28,918 bases of DNA from Candidatus Thorarchaeota archaeon (GCA_003345595.1 PRDI01000002.1:1-28918); one strand, 5' to 3'. Numbered from the stretch's first letter, positions 1-9,268 are shown. Translations and numbers: made by a program. Notes: generated by a model from the letters alone, not told the origin.

Positions 1-1
1 T

Positions 2-871
2 TCCTCGGGAGGGGCGAGCTACATGCCAATGCAGCGGCCTTTCTTGACTTCGCAGATTGAGAACATTACTGGACCTGTGGCTATTGCGGCCGTGGGCTAC
101 ATTGGCGAACAGGTGATTTCGTCAAGCAGCACTGAACTCAGCATAGGTTCGCTGATTGGGGCAACTGGTGACCTGACCCCATTGCCTTCGGGGATGTCCG
201 TCGTGCTTGCCAACATGCCGAATGATGTTCCGATTGTTTCGTACACTCCAATGCATGCGAACTACTCGTTCTACGAGAACTCGTCTCAGTTGGTGTTCTG
301 GAACGCAACAGCTTTCGGTGTACAGAGTGACTATGTCATTCATTTCGTCGCTAATGATTTTCCACCCTTAGTCACCATCGAGAGGGTATTCTCTCCTACG
401 CAGACAGGAATAGGAGAGTCGACGCAAGTCACAGTGACGGTCACTAATCAGGGGAACGAGTCCATCACTGACCTGAACATCACTGACACGGGCTTCTTGA
501 ACTACTACAATCTTTCAGTGACAGGAGATACACACAAGATTGTGCCATCCTTGGCTCCAGAAGAGAGCACGACCATGACTTACAGCGTCGCGTTCACGAA
601 CGAAGGCATGTACACATTTCCAGGTGCCAGACTGGGATACGTCTACAACAACACGGACTTTCTGAAGACAACGCACAAACAGGGCTTCCTCGTCGAGTCT
701 AGCATCGGGTCCATGCTGATCCAAGGGATTCTTGACGGTATGCCCTACACTGGCGTAGCTGTCGGTCTTGTGGCACTGATGGGTGTCTGGCAAGTTGTGA
801 AACTTATACGAGGACGCGGCGGTAAACCAGCTCAGGCGGTTCCAGAATCGGTTCAGACCACTCAGGCATAG
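2..871 (+). CDS. 5'-truncated membrane-anchored surface protein with a CARDB/DUF11-like Ig domain and C-terminal TM helix
   Basis: The frame is open from the window edge. Ig-like segment VTVTVTNQGNESITDLNITD...SLAPEESTTMTYSV, N/T-rich, with a hydrophobic anchor GVAVGLVALMGVWQVVKLIRGR followed by basic residues. Confidence 0.7.
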   Translation, partial: SSGGASYMPMQRPFLTSQIENITGPVAIAAVGYIGEQVISSSSTELSIGSLIGATGDLTPLPSGMSVVLANMPNDVPIVSYTPMHANYSFYENSSQLVFWNATAFGVQSDYVIHFVANDFPPLVTIERVFSPTQTGIGESTQVTVTVTNQGNESITDLNITDTGFLNYYNLSVTGDTHKIVPSLAPEESTTMTYSVAFTNEGMYTFPGARLGYVYNNTDFLKTTHKQGFLVESSIGSMLIQGILDGMPYTGVAVGLVALMGVWQVVKLIRGRGGKPAQAVPESVQTTQA

Positions 872-878
872 TCCAAGA

Positions 879-926
879 GAACGACTCCCGAAGCCACATC
901 CCCGGGGGTCGTTCCATTCTTTTTTT
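879..926 (+). terminator. Hairpin plus T-tract downstream of the first CDS
   Basis: GAACGACTCCCG (879-890) pairs with CGGGGGTCGTTC (903-914) with one G:U, followed by TTCTTTTTTT (917-926). Confidence 0.65.
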
Positions 927-979
927 CACATTCGGCATGCTTTATCTACGAATTCGGAATCAGGTCGTTGTGAGTAATC

Positions 980-1927
980 ATGTCGCTAAGAAAGGAGCTT
1001 AATGGGTTCCTGAAGCAGCCAGATGCCTTCTTCCACATCCGTCCACCAACCGAGGGAGACCCAGACGTCGGGGTTCTAGGTGTCCCCTATGATTTGACAT
1101 CTAGCTATATGCCCGGCTGTAGGTTTGGGCCGGATGCTATTCGTCGAGCAACTACAGGTGAGAGATCTCACAGTGTACCTCTGTCCTTCGGCATTGAGGT
1201 GGGGTTCGAACAAGGCCCACTGTCTGAGATGATCACCCTCGAAGACTTGGGCGATCTCGACGTGGCGCTTCGGCTTCCAGAGGCGGCAATGTATGACATG
1301 TCGGACGCATGCCAAAGGTTAGCGAAGCATGACAGCAATCTTCTGTTTCTTGGCGGCGACCATTTCATCACGTATCCCCTGCTGAAGGGTTTGAAACGGG
1401 GAAGACAAGCGAGGTTCGGAATAGTGTGGTTTGATGCACACGCCGACTATTATCCTGACTATGGCGGCTACGAGCTGTCTCATGCCACAACTCTGAGGAG
1501 AATAGTGGACGGTAACCTCGTGAGGCCCGATGATGTGCTGGGCCATGACCTCAGGTCAGCGATGCCAGAACAGAAGACTGAGCTCGCAGGCAACGGAAAG
1601 AGTCAACGTCACACTATCGAGTCATTTTCGAGGGCTGTCCAGAAGATTGCTGACAGGACAGACATCATTTACATGTCTGTCGATCTTGACGTACTGAAGC
1701 CAGAGATTGTCCCCGGCGTCAGTCATCCAGAGTCGGGTGGTGTTGACATGTTCGAGTTGGTGAGCTTCATGCGCGCGGCGTTCTCTACGGGCAAGGTTCG
1801 ATACGCAGACGTCGTTGAACTGAACCCCATGATTGACGTCAGTGGGCTTACTGCGATTACAGCTAGAGACATCGTGAAAGAACTGCTCACGGGTTTTTCA
1901 ATGCAGAAGAGTCTTAAACAGGGTTGA
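980..1927 (+). CDS. speB: Agmatinase / ureohydrolase (arginase family)
   Basis: GVPYD-TSSY-PGCRFGP-AIR, GGDH, DAHAD, SHAT, SVDLDVL and VELNP motifs, including the binuclear metal ligands. The substrate is inferred. Confidence 0.85.
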   Translation: MSLRKELNGFLKQPDAFFHIRPPTEGDPDVGVLGVPYDLTSSYMPGCRFGPDAIRRATTGERSHSVPLSFGIEVGFEQGPLSEMITLEDLGDLDVALRLPEAAMYDMSDACQRLAKHDSNLLFLGGDHFITYPLLKGLKRGRQARFGIVWFDAHADYYPDYGGYELSHATTLRRIVDGNLVRPDDVLGHDLRSAMPEQKTELAGNGKSQRHTIESFSRAVQKIADRTDIIYMSVDLDVLKPEIVPGVSHPESGGVDMFELVSFMRAAFSTGKVRYADVVELNPMIDVSGLTAITARDIVKELLTGFSMQKSLKQG

Positions 1928-2011
1928 CTCACCTAAGTACTCAACATCGGCATGAACTACTATTCCTCCCATGCCTTGGTTGCCGTTGACAGGAGTCAGG
2001 AGACTTGTGAC

Positions 2012-3385
2012 ATGACAGACTACGACGTCATCATCGCCGGGGCGGGGACCGGTGGCTCGATAGCAGCGCAGGCAATTGCCAAGAGAGGCCATGCAGTTCT
2101 TTTGATCGACAAGAAGGAGAGAAGTGAGATAGGGCATAAAACGTGTGGCGATGCACTCGGGGCTCATCACATCAAGGAAATGCAGGACCTGATTGGACTG
2201 CCCGCTATGCCCCCTGGCATCATCGAACACGAAGTCAACGAGATCGATCTTGTAGCACCAGACAGAGTGCAAAGGATGCCGATGGTAGGACCGACTATCA
2301 AGGGGTACTCATTCAACCGATTGAAGCTGGGACAATGGCTCGTGTCGCTAGCGGAGAATGCCGGGGTCGAGGTTCTCGCATCCACCAGAGTGAAGAAACT
2401 CAAGCTTGAGGGCGGGAAGGTTTCCGGTGTCACGATCGAGGGGGAGGGAAGTGGAGCCGAAAAACAGTTGAGAGCCAAAGTCGTTATCGACGCGACGGGT
2501 GCAGCTGGCATGCTCCGCAGACAGCTACCAGAGAACTCAGTCATCGAGAGAGAGGTGGCAAAGGAAGACATGATGGTAGCATGGCGCGACATATACGAGA
2601 CTCCTGACTATGATTTCGAGCACCCCGAAGTCCTTGAGATATTCTATAACCAACTACAGACACTCGGAGGGTACACCTGGGTCTTCCCGCAAGGAAGACA
2701 TAGGGTCAATGTTGGTGTGGGACTAATGACCCTTGAAGGTCATAGAGTGCCTCAGGATGTGTTCAACACCTTCGTTAGAAGTTCTTGGGACTTCATGAAG
2801 ACCAAGCTAAATGCCATCGACAGCGGAGGCGGTATTGCCCCAGTTCGAAGAGCGATGGACACCCTTGTCGACGATCACTTCATGCTCGTAGGCGATTCTG
2901 GATGTCAAGTCAATCCTGTGCATGGCGGAGGCATCGGGTCATCGATGCTAGGGGGAGCTCACGCGGGAATCACCGCATCTGAGGCGCTCGAGAGAAACGA
3001 TACTTCCATCGAGGCGCTGTGGCCATACAACTCAAGGTACATGAATAGCTACGGTACCAAACAGGCGTCGCTAGATATCTTCCGATGGTTTCTGGTTCGT
3101 GTGACGAACGACGACATCGACTTTGCTTTCAGGAAGGGGATCATCAAGGCCACTGACCTCCTTGGAGTGAGCATGATGGGCAAGATGGGAATGGGCAAGG
3201 GAGAGAAGCTGAAGCGGCTGGCATCTGGTGCCGGAAGGATCAGCCTGATTCGAAGACTGGCGAAGGTCGCGAAGATGATGGACACGGTAAAGCAGATCTA
3301 CAGCGAGTATCCAGATTCGCCTAAGGGACTCGTACCATGGAAGGCACGACTTGCCCCCGTCTTTGACGCTGCCAAGAACGTCTGA
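2012..3385 (+). CDS. Digeranylgeranylglycerophospholipid reductase (archaeal geranylgeranyl reductase)
   Basis: FAD motif YDVIIAGAGTGG, KTCGDA, GGYTWVFP (YxWxFP), GDSGCQVNPVHGGG and KQASLDIFR, as in crenarchaeal GGR. Start moved to the ATG at 2012. Confidence 0.9.
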   Translation: MTDYDVIIAGAGTGGSIAAQAIAKRGHAVLLIDKKERSEIGHKTCGDALGAHHIKEMQDLIGLPAMPPGIIEHEVNEIDLVAPDRVQRMPMVGPTIKGYSFNRLKLGQWLVSLAENAGVEVLASTRVKKLKLEGGKVSGVTIEGEGSGAEKQLRAKVVIDATGAAGMLRRQLPENSVIEREVAKEDMMVAWRDIYETPDYDFEHPEVLEIFYNQLQTLGGYTWVFPQGRHRVNVGVGLMTLEGHRVPQDVFNTFVRSSWDFMKTKLNAIDSGGGIAPVRRAMDTLVDDHFMLVGDSGCQVNPVHGGGIGSSMLGGAHAGITASEALERNDTSIEALWPYNSRYMNSYGTKQASLDIFRWFLVRVTNDDIDFAFRKGIIKATDLLGVSMMGKMGMGKGEKLKRLASGAGRISLIRRLAKVAKMMDTVKQIYSEYPDSPKGLVPWKARLAPVFDAAKNV

Positions 3386-3461
3386 TCACAGGAATGATTC
3401 GGTTTTCTGCACAGGTTCTTGGATGTCTGGCTGCAGCTGGGACATGCGAAACGTCCTGCGA

Positions 3462-3935
3462 CTAGCTGATGACGAAGGGCTTGTCGCAGTTCTGGCATCT
3501 CACACTGCCGCCGTCGAGGATTTGTTCTCGACGATAGGAGTAGATGGCCCCGCATGATGGGCATATGGCGCGCGGAAATGCGTATTGAGGGAAAGTTCCT
3601 TCATACTGCCATCCTCGGACGTGTGCTAGTTCCGCCAGTGATGTTGCGAACGTGTCTTCTGCTTCGTCTTGAGAACCCAGACTCCAGCGCCACCACCCGG
3701 CACCTCCACTCGTCGCTACAACTTCGGTCGCGCAAGTGTTTGTATCGACATCATGATCTACGAGAACTATGATTGCCTGCTCTGAAACTGTTCGCCAAGC
3801 CATCTCGTTCTGAACGAAGACAGCACGTATGCATGTTTCCGTACGCCAGATTCTTTTCAAGACGTTCGCATACTTCTCCGAGAGGAAATCGAGCAGTACC
3901 TCGATGTCCAGACCACGAATGCTGAATGCTCTCAC
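3462..3935 (-). CDS. Hypothetical protein with a C-terminal MJ0042-like zinc ribbon
   Basis: CPSCGAIY-x10-GSVRCQNC. The N-terminal alpha/beta domain loosely resembles DUF6054. Paralog of 19944..20489. Confidence 0.7.
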   Translation of the reverse strand: MRAFSIRGLDIEVLLDFLSEKYANVLKRIWRTETCIRAVFVQNEMAWRTVSEQAIIVLVDHDVDTNTCATEVVATSGGAGWWRWSLGSQDEAEDTFATSLAELAHVRGWQYEGTFPQYAFPRAICPSCGAIYSYRREQILDGGSVRCQNCDKPFVIS

Positions 3936-4112
3936 ACGTCCTATAGAGAGGAATTCGCACTTAAGGAACCTGTTCTCACTCTGTGGGAATCAAGGTTACC
4001 GACATGCAGATCATCTGGACGGCTTGCATGCGAAAGAAGTGCGTGAGCTCATGGCAAGGCCATGATTCTAGCAGAGCCCGGAGGGAGCTGCAGCGAACTG
4101 TTAAAGAGCTGC

Positions 4113-5117
4113 ATGGTACTAGAATCATCGATTCGTTTGGTAGAAAGGATACGTCTTTCACTTGGCACCGCTATTCAGTTGGGCTTGGAGAACGGCGAGT
4201 CAGACCCCTGCTATACGACGGTGTTCCTGATGACATACAAGAAGGGGCGGTGCAATGCCAACTGCGCCTTCTGTCCACAGGCCCGTGGAAGCAGTTCTTC
4301 TTCCGATCGGCTGTCAAGGATATCCTGGCCAGACTACGAGATGAACACTTTCCTCAACGCGTTCACAAGAGCTAGGCCTTTTGAAAGAGTGTGCCTCCAA
4401 GCCCTTCACTATCCGGACGCGGTGGCTCACGCTGAGGAAATCGTCAGAGCCGTTCGCAAGGTGCGGCGTGAGCCCATCTCGGTTTCCATACATCCATTGG
4501 CCAAAGACGAGATGCGTCGCATCCAGAGAGCGGGAGCGACAAGCATCGGAGTAGCATTTGATGCGTGTACTCCAAGCCTGTTCGACTCAGTCAAAGGCGC
4601 TCAGCGAGGAAGCAGCTTCAGATGGGAAGACCACTTTCAAGCCCTTCGAAATGCACTCGAGGTGTTTGGGCAGGGCAATGTCACAACACATCTGATGATA
4701 GGCCTCGGGGAAACTGAGAGCGAAGCGGCAGACTTCATCTTCGCGATGCTTGGAATGGGAGTCAGTGTCGGGCTGTTTGCTTTCACAAGTATCCGGGGCA
4801 CAGACCTTGAGAAGCGGACTCCACCCAGATTGTCTTCATATAGAAGAGTTCAGATAATCAGATATCTGGCGAGCAGGGGACTGATTGACCGAAGCAACGT
4901 CGAAGCGGACAGTTCGGGCGAGTTGAGGTTGAAAGTAGAACAACAATGGCTAAGACAAGTCTTATCATCAGGAGCTGCTTTTCAGACTGCGGGCTGCAAG
5001 GGGTGTAATCGACCCTACTACAACGAGAGGCCCACAGGACCAATGTTCAACTTCCCGAGGTCTCTCACTGAGGATGAGATTAAGCAGGCGATGAACGAGT
5101 CGAAGCTTGTGATGTAA
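4113..5117 (+). CDS. lipS2: Radical SAM lipoyl synthase subunit LipS2
   Basis: CNANCAFC (CxxxCxxC), N-terminal RLSLGTAIQLGL, and C-terminal TAGCKGCNRPYYNE matching the LipS2 TxGCPxC(N/D)RP motif with P->K. Directly upstream of the lipoate ligase genes. Start uncertain (4062, 4113 or 4137). Confidence 0.8.
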   Translation: MVLESSIRLVERIRLSLGTAIQLGLENGESDPCYTTVFLMTYKKGRCNANCAFCPQARGSSSSSDRLSRISWPDYEMNTFLNAFTRARPFERVCLQALHYPDAVAHAEEIVRAVRKVRREPISVSIHPLAKDEMRRIQRAGATSIGVAFDACTPSLFDSVKGAQRGSSFRWEDHFQALRNALEVFGQGNVTTHLMIGLGETESEAADFIFAMLGMGVSVGLFAFTSIRGTDLEKRTPPRLSSYRRVQIIRYLASRGLIDRSNVEADSSGELRLKVEQQWLRQVLSSGAAFQTAGCKGCNRPYYNERPTGPMFNFPRSLTEDEIKQAMNESKLVM

Positions 5118-5118
5118 A

Positions 5119-5886
5119 ATGGAACAGGTGCGGTTTATCGATCTGGAGACCCACTCGGCAGCTGACAACATGGCCATTGACGAGGCAATCCTACTGTCAC
5201 TTGAGAAGGGGGCCGTACCCGCGACCCTCCGACTCTACAGATGGAAACCATCTGCAGTCTCGATTGGCACTTTCCAGGGGATGCGAACAGAAGTCGATGT
5301 GGACTTCTGCAAGAGCCATGGAATTGACATCATTCGCAGGATCACGGGGGGCGGGGCTGTCTACCATGACTATAAGGGAGAGATCACCTATAGCATCATT
5401 CTGCCAAAGGGGAACAGGCTTGCGTCCAGTGACATCCCAGCTTCCTATGGAGTTCTATGTGGCGGGATTGTAAGGGCTCTGAAGCATCTCGGAATCGATG
5501 CGGAGTTCAAGCAGATCAATGATGTCATTGCTGGGGGCAAGAAGATCTCAGGCAGCGCCCAGACCAGAAGACACTCCTGTCTGCTCCAACATGGCACAAC
5601 ACTACTTGACCTAGACATCAGAACAATGTTCTCGATACTGAAGGTTCCTCAACAGAAGATATCAGACAAGATGATCCGGGATGTGCGTGACCGGGTCACT
5701 TCCATTCATGACATTCTTGGGGAGAAAGCCGGTTTCAAGGAGCTGAGCAAGGCATTGGCGATGGGCTTCTCGGAGGCACTTGAGGTTGAACTTGTACCAG
5801 GGAAGTTGACCAAGCAAGAGAAGACGGACGCATCGAGGCTGGCAAAGCAGAAGTACTCTTCAGACGCCTGGAACTTCCTGAGGTAG
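5119..5886 (+). CDS. lplA: Lipoate-protein ligase, catalytic (N-terminal) subunit
   Basis: NMAIDEA, TLRLYRW, RRITGGGAVYHD, GKKISGSAQ and LLQHGT motifs. Confidence 0.9.
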   Translation: MEQVRFIDLETHSAADNMAIDEAILLSLEKGAVPATLRLYRWKPSAVSIGTFQGMRTEVDVDFCKSHGIDIIRRITGGGAVYHDYKGEITYSIILPKGNRLASSDIPASYGVLCGGIVRALKHLGIDAEFKQINDVIAGGKKISGSAQTRRHSCLLQHGTTLLDLDIRTMFSILKVPQQKISDKMIRDVRDRVTSIHDILGEKAGFKELSKALAMGFSEALEVELVPGKLTKQEKTDASRLAKQKYSSDAWNFLR

Positions 5887-5889
5887 AGC

Positions 5890-6165
5890 GTGATGGGCGA
5901 GAGTGTGTACAAGGTTCCTGGCGGCAAGCTCCTCAGAGTTCAATTGTCCGCCAGCGATGGACGGATTGATGGCGTGGTGATCACGGGAGACTTCTTTCTC
6001 CACCCGGAAGAAGCACTCGACGCACTCCAAGAGCATCTGAAGGGCCATGTCATCAAAGAGCAGCCATTGGCTGAAACTATCGGTCTGTTTCTCAAGGATC
6101 GCGATGCATTCTTCATAGGCGCCAGCCCAGCTGATGTGGCCAAGGCCATCTGCATGGCTGCCTGA
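5890..6165 (+). CDS. lplB: Lipoate-protein ligase accessory (C-terminal domain) subunit
   Basis: KVPGGKLLRV...ITGDFFLHPEE, typical of the stand-alone LplA C-terminal domain. Starts 3 nt after lplA. Confidence 0.85.
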   Translation: MMGESVYKVPGGKLLRVQLSASDGRIDGVVITGDFFLHPEEALDALQEHLKGHVIKEQPLAETIGLFLKDRDAFFIGASPADVAKAICMAA

Positions 6166-6174
6166 ATTCTGCCA

Positions 6175-6193
6175 CGAGCCATCACTTGGCTCG
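6175..6193 (+). terminator. Short hairpin after lplB
   Basis: CGAGCCA-TCACT-TGGCTCG, a perfect 7-bp stem 9 nt after the stop. No T-tract. Confidence 0.3.
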
Positions 6194-6251
6194 CACCCAC
6201 CGAAACGGATAACATCCGGTTGGATTCCTGCATTGATAGAGCGCGTCACAA

Positions 6252-7121
6252 ATGAAGCTTGCACGATTCTATGAAGGGCCGAGGACGGTCTCAGGGTTGA
6301 TTGTTGGCGAAGAGTATCATGTCTATGAGAGTCTCGGTCAAGACCCATTCGCGGCTTATATCGGTCAGAAGGCGCCGGACAAGATTCCTCTCGTCGACTT
6401 CGTAAGGTCACTCATCGAGGATAGGAAACCCCGGGCGTACAAGCTCGACTGGGTGAAGGACCGATTCATCATGCCCATGGTGCCGGGTGAAGTCTGGGCG
6501 GCGGGGGTCACGTACAAGCGAAGCGTTGAGGCTAGAGAGGATGAAACCAAGGCCAAGGGTATCTATGACCGTGTCTACACGGCTGAGAGACCTGAGGTCT
6601 TGTTCAAGGGTCTTGGATACAGGACTGTCGGCCCCAACGATGTCATATGCATAAGGAGCGACTCAAAATGGGATGTTCCCGAGCCCGAGTTCACACTTGT
6701 GTACGGTGATCGGAGCATTGCTGGATACACAATCGGCAATGATGTGAGTTCGAGAGACATCGAGGGTGCAAACCCTCTGTACCTGCCACAGGCGAAGGTC
6801 TGGCAGAACTCCTGCGCAATCGGACCGTATCTCGCGACCACTGACGAGTTCAAGAACCCAAAGAATGTGGGGATAAGACTCAAGATTCACAGAGGCGGTC
6901 AGGTTGTGTTTGGCGGCGAAACGAACACATCTAATATGAAGCGCGAGTTTGAGGAGCTATCGAAATATCTGTTCAGAGACAACCCTGTTCCACGGGGATC
7001 CATAATGCTCACCGGCGTTGGCGTAGTGCCCCCTGACAGCATCAGCCTACAGGATGGTGACCTAGTCGAGATCTCGATGGATGGGCTAGGCACTATGAAG
7101 AACTATGTGAAAAGACTATAG
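6252..7121 (+). CDS. kdaD: FAH-family 2-keto-3-deoxy-pentonate dehydratase (KdaD/XylX type)
   Basis: EVWAAGVTY, IYDRVYTAERPEVLFK, RSDSKWDVPEPE, GYTIGNDVSSRDIEGANPLYLPQAK and RDNPVP match the KdaD subfamily. Confidence 0.8.
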   Translation: MKLARFYEGPRTVSGLIVGEEYHVYESLGQDPFAAYIGQKAPDKIPLVDFVRSLIEDRKPRAYKLDWVKDRFIMPMVPGEVWAAGVTYKRSVEAREDETKAKGIYDRVYTAERPEVLFKGLGYRTVGPNDVICIRSDSKWDVPEPEFTLVYGDRSIAGYTIGNDVSSRDIEGANPLYLPQAKVWQNSCAIGPYLATTDEFKNPKNVGIRLKIHRGGQVVFGGETNTSNMKREFEELSKYLFRDNPVPRGSIMLTGVGVVPPDSISLQDGDLVEISMDGLGTMKNYVKRL

Positions 7122-7351
7122 AGCATGCAATCTTCTTGGGTCAAAATCCTGCAGCCAGAGCGTCGTGTCGCATCACGCTACTAGGAAAGGAAGTAGTCGC
7201 AGGGTTCTTCACCCATCAATGGGCTATTGATGCGGCTTCAAACATTCGCAACCCTTTGTAGGTTCTATGCTCAGCTCATCGGGAATCGGGAGGCGGGGGG
7301 GCAGAGCTCTCTGCCGTCAGGTACAGTTCTCTGCCTTGCCGCTAGAGTCGG

Positions 7352-9268
7352 TTATCTTCTCCGTATGACAAAGACCACCACAACAACAAGAACGACTGCT
7401 GCGACCGCCGCGCCAACGATGATATACATTATTATGCCGCCACTCGTGGTTGTCGTAGTAGTGGTGGTGGTACCAGTCGTGGTGGTGCCTGCAGTCCAAG
7501 TCAGTGTGAAGTAGGCACGTACTGCAATGTTGCCTTCTGTGTCATTGGCAATCACCTTTACCTCAATCGTCTTGCTCTGCAGACCTGGGATAGTTGCAGA
7601 GTACTCCGCGCCCCACGGGGTCATCAGAATGGTTACAGCATCTGTACCATTCAAGTATTCGAGCACAACTGCGTGGACATTGTTAGGATCGGAAACTGTG
7701 GCATTGAAGACGACAGACTGGTCATTTGTCGGGGCCACTGGATTCCATTCGACATCGCTTATCCTCGGGCCGACCTCGTCCGCCACTGGAACATCACCAA
7801 CTGTGCGGTTTGATGCCCAATATAGGAAGTTCTCAAAGAACTGAGCGTTGTCGAACGCGGGCTTTCCGTAGTCGAAATCGCTGAAGAATGTTGTACCGGC
7901 CACGAGTATTCGCAACGTGCCTACTTCCTCTACCGCTACCAGCGGAATCTGGTTTCCAAATTCCCCGTCATTTGTGTCATCGTAAACGACCGTGATTCCT
8001 GGTGCTACTTGGTCGGTCTGGTAACCACTATGGTCAGCATAGATGACTGGAAGGGTAGGGTCATCATCCAAGAAGTAGAGGCTTGTTGGCGAGTACAACG
8101 TGATGGAATCCACCGACTCGGTCAGACCCACAGTCTGGCCTGGTGCCAGTATGTCTGTCAGATCGTTGTACCAGGGCTGATAAGTTCCTGTCATGTAGAC
8201 GTTGTCATCATTTACACGAATGTTGGAGCCAATGGCTTGCAGTATCTGATTGGGTCGTGCGTTGTCCACGTAGGTCGAGAAGTCTCCTCTTCCAGTGAGC
8301 AGTACGGACTTGTTTCCTCCTGATACCCAATTGGCAATCGCGAGGAGCTCACTGCTCGAATAGGCGTCAAGCCCACAGGTCGCTACCAGGAGGTCTACAT
8401 CTGCCAGCGATGCTGCGTCTATTTCCGTTTCTTGAATCTTCATCTCGAATCCAGCTCTTGCTAATGTCAGGTTGACTGCAAGAAGCTTCGAAACCCCGGC
8501 ATAGTCAATGTAGTCGTTAGTGTGTGCATAATCAAACATTGCGACATACTTGTATGTGATTGTCACATCCGGAGCGTCGAGTCCAATAGTAAGCGTGTAG
8601 AAAAGACAGAGAGATGCGTTCACCGCCATTGATAGACAGCTCTCAGTGAGCGCCTTGATTGTCGAGTTGGTCGTTATCGCCGTTGAACTGCCATTGGGGT
8701 ATGCAGTGACGACAGTGTCGTAGTACTGATGCGAGTAAGTGGCGCACTCTATGACGAATGCTGTGACATTCGTTATCTCTTTCTCTGTTGGCGTCTGAAG
8801 AACAAGGCTCATCAACTGGTCGTTGATGTCCGTCTCATACGCGCTGTGCGCAGTGCCGTTGGGACCCGTGTGTACTGGTATGCAGGGATCGGAAGAATAG
8901 TGTGCGAGCACTCCTGCCGCTTTGAACCCGTCTTCCCAGTTGCCTAGTGTGAAGTTGTTTCTAGCGAAAGCGAACCATCTGGCCGCTGCTTGAGGTGCGG
9001 CGTATTCTCCAGTGTCAGGATAGTATAGATGATTATCCCAGTCCTGCCAGACAGTGTCGGGGGTCGTACTTCCGGCAATGATCTCCGGGGAGTAGTATTG
9101 AAAGGCATCTGCCCAGCTAGCATTCGTGATACTGCTCAGGGCTTCCTCAACGATGAACTGATGCGTTGATTGGCCCCAAGCCTCGGCCGGCAGAGCCAAC
9201 GGGAGTATCACGACAATAGGCAGCAAGGGCACTACGAGGAGTGCCATGATGAACCATTGCTTCCTCAT
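7352..9268 (-). CDS. Secreted, C-terminally membrane-anchored Zn-dependent phospholipase C / P1-nuclease-fold protein with a GIFT/DUF4350-like domain
   Basis: Signal peptide ending AEA|WGQSTH. Zn-ligand pattern W1, H6, PD, NH, HYSSD, PVH, HSAYE. Middle domain MFDYAHTND...ILVAGTTFFSD...DNAQFFENFLYW, then an Ig-like domain, Thr linker, TM helix and RRR. Confidence 0.75.
   Translation of the reverse strand: MRKQWFIMALLVVPLLPIVVILPLALPAEAWGQSTHQFIVEEALSSITNASWADAFQYYSPEIIAGSTTPDTVWQDWDNHLYYPDTGEYAAPQAAARWFAFARNNFTLGNWEDGFKAAGVLAHYSSDPCIPVHTGPNGTAHSAYETDINDQLMSLVLQTPTEKEITNVTAFVIECATYSHQYYDTVVTAYPNGSSTAITTNSTIKALTESCLSMAVNASLCLFYTLTIGLDAPDVTITYKYVAMFDYAHTNDYIDYAGVSKLLAVNLTLARAGFEMKIQETEIDAASLADVDLLVATCGLDAYSSSELLAIANWVSGGNKSVLLTGRGDFSTYVDNARPNQILQAIGSNIRVNDDNVYMTGTYQPWYNDLTDILAPGQTVGLTESVDSITLYSPTSLYFLDDDPTLPVIYADHSGYQTDQVAPGITVVYDDTNDGEFGNQIPLVAVEEVGTLRILVAGTTFFSDFDYGKPAFDNAQFFENFLYWASNRTVGDVPVADEVGPRISDVEWNPVAPTNDQSVVFNATVSDPNNVHAVVLEYLNGTDAVTILMTPWGAEYSATIPGLQSKTIEVKVIANDTEGNIAVRAYFTLTWTAGTTTTGTTTTTTTTTSGGIIMYIIVGAAVAAVVLVVVVVFVIRRR
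7445..7489 (-). repeat. Thr-codon low-complexity tract (GTTTTGTTTTTTTTT linker)
   Basis: 13 Thr codons before the TM anchor, using mixed ACN codons. Confidence 0.8.

Noticed and set aside
2012-3385. GGR as the LipT-like flavoprotein of lipS1/lipS2 clusters
   Set aside because: It matches crenarchaeal lipid GGR along its whole length (CGDA, YxWxFP, KQASLDIFR) and is separated from lipS2 by an antisense gene.
7122-7351. Small stems in the convergent intergenic gap (CATCAAT/ATTGATG 7214-7232, GGCAGAG/CTCTGCC 7300-7315)
   Set aside because: Seven-bp stems are plausible by chance or as terminators, and there is no recognisable ncRNA motif.
7227-7514. Plus-strand ORF with poly-Thr and poly-Val tracts
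   Set aside because: It is the antisense shadow of the TM helix and Thr linker of the minus-strand gene.
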